Part shown: piece after piece, positions 34,282 through 42,768 of the stretch
How the letters are laid out: every line of letters starts with the position of its first letter
Position numbering within the stretch: position 1 is the first letter of the stretch
Made by a program: the position numbers and the translations under genes
Source: Nemertoderma westbladi
Lineage: Eukaryota > Animalia > Xenacoelomorpha
Assembly: GCA_032718475.1 (NCBI GenBank)
Contig: JAUCBJ010004618.1
Coordinates: 1 to 42,768 of the forward strand
DNA: 42,768 bases
Reading direction: 5' to 3'
The notes under the pieces: generated by a model
Database searches by the model: none
The model's input: the letters and a program-made list of their open reading frames with translations, nothing else
Told to the model about the DNA's origin: nothing

Positions 34282-37200
34282 GGGTAGGGATAATGGAGAT
34301 GGGTAGGGATAATGGAGATGGGTAGGGATAATGGAGATGGGTAGGGGTAATGGAGATGGGTAGGGATAATGGAGATGGGTAAGGGTAATGGAGATGGGTA
34401 GGGATAATGGAGATGGGTAGGGATAATGGAGATGGGTAGGGATAATGGAGATGGGTAGGGATAATGGAGATGGAGGGATAATGGAGATGGGTAGGGATAA
34501 TGGAGATGGGTAGGGATAATGGAGATGGGTAGGGATAATGGAGATGGGTAGGGGTAATGGAGATGGGTAGGGGTAATGGAGATGGGTAGGGGTAATGGAG
34601 ATGGGTAGGGGTAATGGAGATGGGTAGGGATAATGGAGATGGGTAGGCGTAATGGAGATGGGTAGGGGTAATGGAGATGGAGGGATAATGGAGATGGAGG
34701 GATAATGGAGATGGGTAGGGATAATGGAGATGGGTAGGGATAATGGAGATGGGTAGGGGTAATGGAGATGGGTAGGGGTAATGGAGATGGGTAGGGGTAA
34801 TGGAGATGGGTAGGGGTAATGGAGATGGGTAGGCGTAATGGAGATGGGTAGGGATAATGGAGATGGGTAGGCGTAATGGAGATGGGTAGGGATAATGGAG
34901 ATGGGTAGGGGTAATGGAGATGGGTAGGGGTAATGGAGATGGGTAGGGGTAATGGAGATGGGTAGGGATAATGGAGATGGGTAGGCGTAATGGAGATGGG
35001 TAGGGGTAATGGAGATGGAGGGATAATGGAGATGGAGGGATAATGGAGATGGGTAGGGATAATGGAGATGGGTAGGGATAATGGAGATGGGTAGGGATAA
35101 TGGAGATGGGTAAGGGTAATGGAGATGGGTAGGGGTAATGGAGATGGGTAGGGGTAATGGAGATGGGTAGGGATAATGGAGATGGGTAGGGATAATGGAG
35201 ATGGGTAGGGATAATGGAGATGGGTAGGCGTAATGGAGATGGGTAGGGATAATGGAGATGGGTAGGGATAATGGAGATGGGTAGGCGTAATGGAGATGGG
35301 TAGGGGTAATGGAGATGGAGGGATAATGGAGATGGAGGGATAATGGAGATGGGTAGGGATAATGGAGATGGGTAGGGATAATGGAGATGGAGGGATAATG
35401 GAGATTGGTAGGCGTAATGGAGATGGGTAGGGATAATGGAGATGGGTAGGGATAATGGAGATGGGTAGGCGTAATGGAGATGGGTAGGGGTAATGGAGAT
35501 GGAGGGATAATGGAGATGGAGGGATAATGGAGATGGGTAGGGATAATGGAGATGGGTAGGGATAATGGAGATGGGTAGGGATAATGGAGATGGGTAAGGG
35601 TAATGGAGATGGGTAGGGGTAATGGAGATGGGTAGGGGTAATGGAGATGGGTAGGGATAATGGAGATGGGTAGGGATAATGGAGATGGGTAGGGATAATG
35701 GAGATGGGTAGGGATAATGGAGATGGGTAGGGGTAATGGAGATGGGTAGGGATAATGGAGATGGGTAGGGATAATGGAGATGGGTAGGGATAATGGAGAT
35801 GGGTAGGGGTAGTGGAGATGGGTAGGGGTAATGGAGATGGGTAGGCGTAATGGAGATGGGTAGGGGTAATGGAGATGTGTAGGGATAATGGAGATGGGTA
35901 GGGATAATGGAGATGGGTAGGGATAATGGAGATGGGTAGGGGTAGTGGAGATGGGTAGGCGTAATGGAGATGGGTAGGGGTAATGGAGATGGGTAGGGAT
36001 AATGGAGATTGGTAGGGGTAATGGAGATGGGTAGGGGTAATGGAGATGGGTAGGCGTAATGGAGATGGGTAGGGGTAATGGAGATGGGTAGGCGTAATGG
36101 AGATGGGTAGGCGTAATGGAGATGGGTAGGGGTAATGGAGATGGGTAGGGATAATGGAGATGGGTAGGGATAATGGAGATGGGTAGGGATAATGGAGATG
36201 GGTAGGGATAATGGAGATGGGTAGGGATAATGGAGATGGGTAGGGATAATGGAGATGGGTAGGGGTAATGGAGATGGGTAGGGGTAATGGAGATGGGTAG
36301 GGATAATGGAGATGGGTAGGGGTAATGGAGATGGGTAGGGATAATGGAGATGGGTAGGGATAATGGAGATGGGTAGGGATAATGGAGATGGGTAGGGGTA
36401 ATGGAGATGGGTAGGGGTAATGGAGATGGGTAGGGGTAATGGAGATGGGTAGGGGTAATGGAGATGGGTAGGGATAATGGAGATGGGTAGGGGTAATGGA
36501 GATGGGTAGGGGTAATGGAGATGGGTAGGCGTAATGGAGATGGGTAGGGGTAATGGAGATGGGTAGGGGTAATGGAGATGGGTAGGGATAATGGAGATGG
36601 GTAGGGATAATGGAGATGGGTAGGGGTAATGGAGATGGGTAGGGATAATGGAGTTGGGTAGGGGTAATGGAGATGGGTAGGGATAATGGAGATGGGTAGG
36701 GGTAATGGAGATGGGTAGGCGTAATGGAGATGGGTAGGCGTAATGGAGATGGGTAGGGGTAATGGAGATGGGTAGGGGTAATGGAGATGGGTAGGGATAA
36801 TGGAGATGGGTAGGGATAATGGAGATGGGTAGGGATAATGGAGATGGGTAGGGATAATGGAGATGGGTAGGGGTAATGGAGATGGGTAGGGATAATGGAG
36901 ATGGGTAGGGATAATGGAGATGGGTAGGGATAATGGAGATGGGTAGGGATAATGGAGATGGGTAGGGGTAATGGAGATGGGTAGGGATAATGGAGATGGG
37001 TAGGGATAATGGAGATGGGTAGGGATAATGGAGATGGGTAGGGATAATGGAGATGGGTAGGGGTAATGGAGATGGGTAGGGGTAGTGGAGATGGGTAGGG
37101 GTAATGGAGATGGGTAGGGATAATGGAGATGGGTAGGCGTAATGGAGATGGGTAAGGGTAGTGGAGATGGGTAGGGTCAATGGAGATGGGTAGAGATAAT

Positions 37201-40200
37201 GGAGATGGGTAGGGATAATGGAGATTGGTAGGGGTAGTGGAGATGGGTAGGCGTAATGGAGATGGGTAGGGATAATGGAGATGGGTAGGGATAATGGAGA
37301 TGGGTAGAGATAATGGAGATGGGTAGGGGTAGTGGAGATGGGTAGGGGTAATGGAGATGGGTAGGGATATTGGAGATGGGTAGGGATAATGGAGATGGGT
37401 AGGGATAATGGAGATGGGTAGGGATAATGGAGATGGGTAGGGATAATGGAGATGGGTAGGGATAATGGAGATGGGTAGGGATAATGGAGATGGGTAGGGA
37501 TAATGGAGATGGGTAGGGATAATGGAGATGGGTAGGGATAATGGAGATGGGTAGGGGTAATGGAGATGGGTAGGGGTAATGGAGATGGGTAGGCGTAATG
37601 GAGATGGGTAGGGGTAATGGAGATGGGTAGGGGTAATGGAGATGGGTAGGGATAATGGAGATGGGTAGGGATAATGGAGATGGGTAGGGATAATGGAGAT
37701 GGGTAGGGGTAATGGAGATGGGTAGGGGTAATGGAGATGGGTAGGGGTAATGGAGATGGGTAGGGGTAATGGAGATGGGTAGGGGTAATGGAGATGGGTA
37801 GGGATAATGGAGATGGGTAGGGATAATGGAGATGGGTAGGGGTAATGGAGATGGGTAGGGATAATGGAGTTGGGTAGGGGTAATGGAGATGGGTAGGGAT
37901 AATGGAGATGGGTAGGGGTAATGGAGATGGGTAGGCGTAATGGAGATGGGTAGGCGTAATGGAGATGGGTAGGGGTAATGGAGATGGGTAGGGGTAATGG
38001 AGATGGGTAGGGATAATGGAGATGGGTAGGGATAATGGAGATGGGTAGGGATAATGGAGATGGGTAGGGATAATGGAGATGGGTAGGGGTAATGGAGATG
38101 GGTAGGGATAATGGAGATGGGTAGGGATAATGGAGATGGGTAGGGATAATGGAGATGGGTAGGGATAATGGAGATGGGTAGGGGTAATGGAGATGGGTAG
38201 GGATAATGGAGATGGGTAGGGATAATGGAGATGGGTAGGGATAATGGAGATGGGTAGGGATAATGGAGATGGGTAGGGGTAATGGAGATGGGTAGGGGTA
38301 GTGGAGATGGGTAGGGGTAATGGAGATGGGTAGGGATAATGGAGATGGGTAGGCGTAATGGAGATGGGTAAGGGTAGTGGAGATGGGTAGGGTCAATGGA
38401 GATGGGTAGAGATAATGGAGATGGGTAGGGATAATGGAGATTGGTAGGGGTAGTGGAGATGGGTAGGCGTAATGGAGATGGGTAGGGATAATGGAGATGG
38501 GTAGGGATAATGGAGATGGGTAGAGATAATGGAGATGGGTAGGGGTAGTGGAGATGGGTAGGGGTAATGGAGATGGGTAGGGATAATGGAGATGGGTAGG
38601 GATAATGGAGATGGGTAGGGATAATGGAGATGGGTAGGGATAATGGAGATGGGTAGGGATAATGGAGATGGGTAGGGATAATGGAGATGGGTAGGGATAA
38701 TGGAGATGGGTAGGGATAATGGAGATGGGTAGGGATAATGGAGATGGGTAGGGATAATGGAGATGGGTAGGGGTAATGGAGATGGGTAGGGGTAATGGAG
38801 ATGGGTAGGCGTAATGGAGATGGGTAGGGGTAATGGAGATGGGTAGGGGTAATGGAGATGGGTAGGGATAATGGAGATGGGTAGGGATAATGGAGATGGG
38901 TAGGGATAATGGAGATGGGTAGGGGTAATGGAGATGGGTAGGGGTAATGGAGATGGGTAGGGGTAATGGAGATGGGTACGGGTAATGGAGATGGGTAGGG
39001 ACAATGGAGATGGGTAGAGATAATGGAGATGGGTAGGGATAATGGAGATGGGTAGGGATAATGGAGATGGGTAGGGGTAATGGAGGTGGGTAGGGGTAAT
39101 GGAGATGGGTAGGGGTAGTGGAGATGGGTAGGCGTAATGGAGATGGGTAGGGGTAATGGAGATGGGTAGGGGTAATGGAGATGGGTAGGGATAATGGAGT
39201 TGGGTAGGGATAATGGAGATTGGTAGGGATAATGGAGATGGGTAGGGATAATGGAGATGGGTAGGGATAATGGAGATGGGTAGGGATAATGGAGATGGGT
39301 AGGGGTAATGGAGATGGGTAGGGTCAATGGAGATGGGTAGAGATAATGGAGATGGGTAGGGATAATGGAGATTGGTAGGGGTAGTGGAGATGGGTAGGCG
39401 TAATGGAGATGGGTAGGGGTAATGGAGATGGGTAGGGGTAATGGAGATGGGTAGGGATAATGGAGATTGGTAGGGGTAATGGAGATGGGTAGGGGTAATG
39501 GAGATGGGTAGGCGTAATGGAGATGGGTAGGGGTAATGGAGATGGGTAGGGGTAATGGAGATGGGTAGGGATAATGGAGATGGGTAGGGGTAATGGAGAT
39601 GGGTAGGGTCAATGGAGATGGGTAGAGATAATGGAGATGGGTAGGGATAATGGAGATTGGTAGGGGTAGTGGAGATGGGTAGGGGTAATGGAGATGGGTA
39701 GGGGTAATGGAGATGGGTAGGGATAATGGAGATGGGTAGGGGTAATGGAGATGGGTAGGGTAATGGAGATGGGTAGGGATAATGGAGATGGGTAGGGATA
39801 ATGGAGATTGGTAGGGGTAATGGAGATGGGTAGGGGTAATGGAGATGGGTAGGGGTAATGGAGATGGGTAGGGGTAATGGAGATGGGTAGGGGTAATGGA
39901 GATGGGTAGGGGTAATGGAGATGGGTAGGGGTAATGGAGATGGGTAGGGATAATGGAGATGGGTAGGGATAATGGAGATGGGTAGGGGTAATGGAGATGG
40001 GTAGGGATAATGGAGATGGGTAGGGGTAATGGAGATGGGTAGGGATAATGGAGATGGGTAGGGATAATGGAGATGGGTAGGGATAATGGAGATGGGTAGG
40101 GATAATGGAGATGGGTAGGGGTAATGGAGATGGGTAGGGGTAATGGAGATGGGTAGGGATAATGGAGATGGGTAGGGATAATGGAGATGGGTAGGGATAA

Positions 40201-42768
40201 TGGAGATGGGTAGGGGTAATGGAGATGGGTAGGGGTAATGGAGATGGGTAGGGGTAATGGAGATGGGTAGGGGTAATGGAGATGGGTAGGGTAATGGAGA
40301 TGGGTAGGGTAATGGAGATGGGTAGGGATAATGGAGATGGGTAGGTATGGAGATGGGTAGGGTAATGGAGATGGGTAGGGGTAATGGAGATGGGTAGGGG
40401 TAATGGAGATGGGTAGGGGTAATGGAGATGGGTAGGGGTAATGGAGATGGGTAGGGGTAATGGAGATGGGTAGGGGTAATGGAGATGGGTAGGGGTAATG
40501 GAGATGGGTAGGGGTAATGGAGATGGGTAGGGGATAATGGAGATGGGTAGGGATAATGGAGATGGGTAGGGATAATGGAGATGGGTAGGGATAATGGAGA
40601 TGGGTAGGGGTAATGGAGATGGGTAGGGGTAATGGAGATGGGTAGGGGTAATGGAGATGGGAGGGATAATGGAGATGGGTAGGGGTAATGGAGATGGGTA
40701 GGGGTAATGGAGATGGGTAGGGGTAATGGAGATGGGTAGGGTAATGGAGATGGGTAGGGGTAATGGAGATGGGTAGGGGTAATGGAGATGGGTAGGGGTA
40801 ATGGAGATGGGTAGGGGTAATGGAGATGGGTAGGGATAATGGAGATGGGTAGGGGTAATGGAGATGGGTAGGGGTAATGGAGATGGGTAGGCGTAATGGA
40901 GATGGGTAGGGGTAATGGAGATGGGTAGGGGTAATGGAGATGGGTAGGGATAATGGAGATGGGTAGGGATAATGGAGATGGGTAGGGGTAATGGAGATGG
41001 GTAGGGATAATGGAGTTGGGTAGGGGTAATGGAGATGGGTAGGGATAATGGAGATGGGTAGGGGTAATGGAGATGGGTAGGCGTAATGGAGATGGGTAGG
41101 CGTAATGGAGATGGGTAGGGGTAATGGAGATGGGTAGGGGTAATGGAGATGGGTAGGGATAATGGAGATGGGTAGGGATAATGGAGATGGGTAGGGATAA
41201 TGGAGATGGGTAGGGATAATGGAGATGGGTAGGGGTAATGGAGATGGGTAGGGATAATGGAGATGGGTAGGGATAATGGAGATGGGTAGGGATAATGGAG
41301 ATGGGTAGGGATAATGGAGATGGGTAGGGGTAATGGAGATGGGTAGGGATAATGGAGATGGGTAGGGATAATGGAGATGGGTAGGGATAATGGAGATGGG
41401 TAGGGATAATGGAGATGGGTAGGGGTAATGGAGATGGGTAGGGGTAGTGGAGATGGGTAGGGGTAATGGAGATGGGTAGGGATAATGGAGATGGGTAGGC
41501 GTAATGGAGATGGGTAAGGGTAGTGGAGATGGGTAGGGTCAATGGAGATGGGTAGAGATAATGGAGATGGGTAGGGATAATGGAGATTGGTAGGGGTAGT
41601 GGAGATGGGTAGGCGTAATGGAGATGGGTAGGGATAATGGAGATGGGTAGGGATAATGGAGATGGGTAGAGATAATGGAGATGGGTAGGGGTAGTGGAGA
41701 TGGGTAGGGGTAATGGAGATGGGTAGGGATATTGGAGATGGGTAGGGATAATGGAGATGGGTAGGGATAATGGAGATGGGTAGGGATAATGGAGATGGGT
41801 AGGGATAATGGAGATGGGTAGGGATAATGGAGATGGGTAGGGATAATGGAGATGGGTAGGGATAATGGAGATGGGTAGGGATAATGGAGATGGGTAGGGA
41901 TAATGGAGATGGGTAGGGGTAATGGAGATGGGTAGGGGTAATGGAGATGGGTAGGCGTAATGGAGATGGGTAGGGGTAATGGAGATGGGTAGGGGTAATG
42001 GAGATGGGTAGGGATAATGGAGATGGGTAGGGGTAATGGAGATGGGTAGGGATAATGGAGATGGGTAGGGGTAATGGAGATGGGTAGGGGTAATGGAGAT
42101 GGGTAGGGGTAATGGAGATGGGTAGGGGTAATGGAGATGGGTAGGGGTAATGGAGATGGGTAGGGATAATGGAGATGGGTAGGGATAATGGAGATGGGTA
42201 GGGGTAATGGAGATGGGTAGGGGTAATGGAGTTGGGTAGGGGTAATGGAGATGGGTAGGGGTAATGGAGATGGGTAGGGGTAATGGAGATGGGTAGGGGT
42301 AATGGAGATGGGTAGGCGTAATGGAGATGGGTAGGGGTAATGGAGATGGGTAGGGGTAATGGAGATGGGTAGGGATAATGGAGATGGGTAGGGATAATGG
42401 AGATGGGTAGGGATAATGGAGATGGGTAGGGATAATGGAGATGGGTAGGGGTAATGGAGATGGGTAGGGATAATGGAGATGGGTAGGGATAATGGAGATG
42501 GGTAGGGATAATGGAGATGGGTAGGGATAATGGAGATGGGTAGGGGTAATGGAGATGGGTAGGGATAATGGAGATGGGTAGGGATAATGGAGATGGGTAG
42601 GGATAATGGAGATGGGTAGGGATAATGGAGATGGGTAGGGGTAATGGAGATGGGTAGGGGTAGTGGAGATGGGTAGGGGTAATGGAGATGGGTAGGGATA
42701 ATGGAGATGGGTAGGCGTAATGGAGATGGGTAAGGGTAGTGGAGATGGGTAGGGGTCAATGGAGATGG
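34282..42768 (+). repeat. G-rich 19-bp satellite (about 445 copies, runs off the window) with higher-order repeats
   Basis: GGGTAGG(GA/GG/CG)TAATGGAGAT; rare variants recur at ~1216-bp spacing. Confidence 0.98.

Noticed and set aside
34235-42759. Five long Pro/His/Tyr-rich ORFs (406-1376 aa) on the minus strand
   Set aside because: They are translations of the stop-free C-rich strand of the 19-bp satellite; the same peptide appears in all frames.

Overview
Eukaryotic (metazoan, probably invertebrate) AT-rich genomic DNA with three spliced host genes: an intron-poor integrin beta (minus strand, 3 coding exons, 822 aa), a 7-exon, highly divergent PAQR/membrane-progestin-receptor-like gene (minus, 24484->6043, 415 aa) that has lost its conserved His/Asp motifs, and ribosomal protein S12 (plus). 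The third coding intron of the PAQR gene holds a nested structure. A decayed intronless SLC35F3/F4-like pseudogene is split by a young 12.6-kb Bel/Pao LTR retrotransposon (9743-22316; LTRs ~99.6% identical; TATAA target-site duplication), which itself carries a truncated CR1/L2-like LINE. The element is unusual in three ways. Gag and protease are intact but RT, most of RNase H and the integrase core are removed in frame. There is no tRNA-type primer-binding site; instead 11 nt after the 5' LTR are perfectly complementary to its own LTR (possible Tf1-style self-priming). It also carries an extra ~482-codon triple zinc-knuckle ORF in the env position. The rest of the window holds TTAA/G-tract and Harbinger-like non-autonomous DNA elements, a 25-bp minisatellite, and a >8.4-kb G-rich 19-bp satellite with ~1216-bp higher-order structure running off the end. 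All gene models and family calls were made by eye, without database searches.
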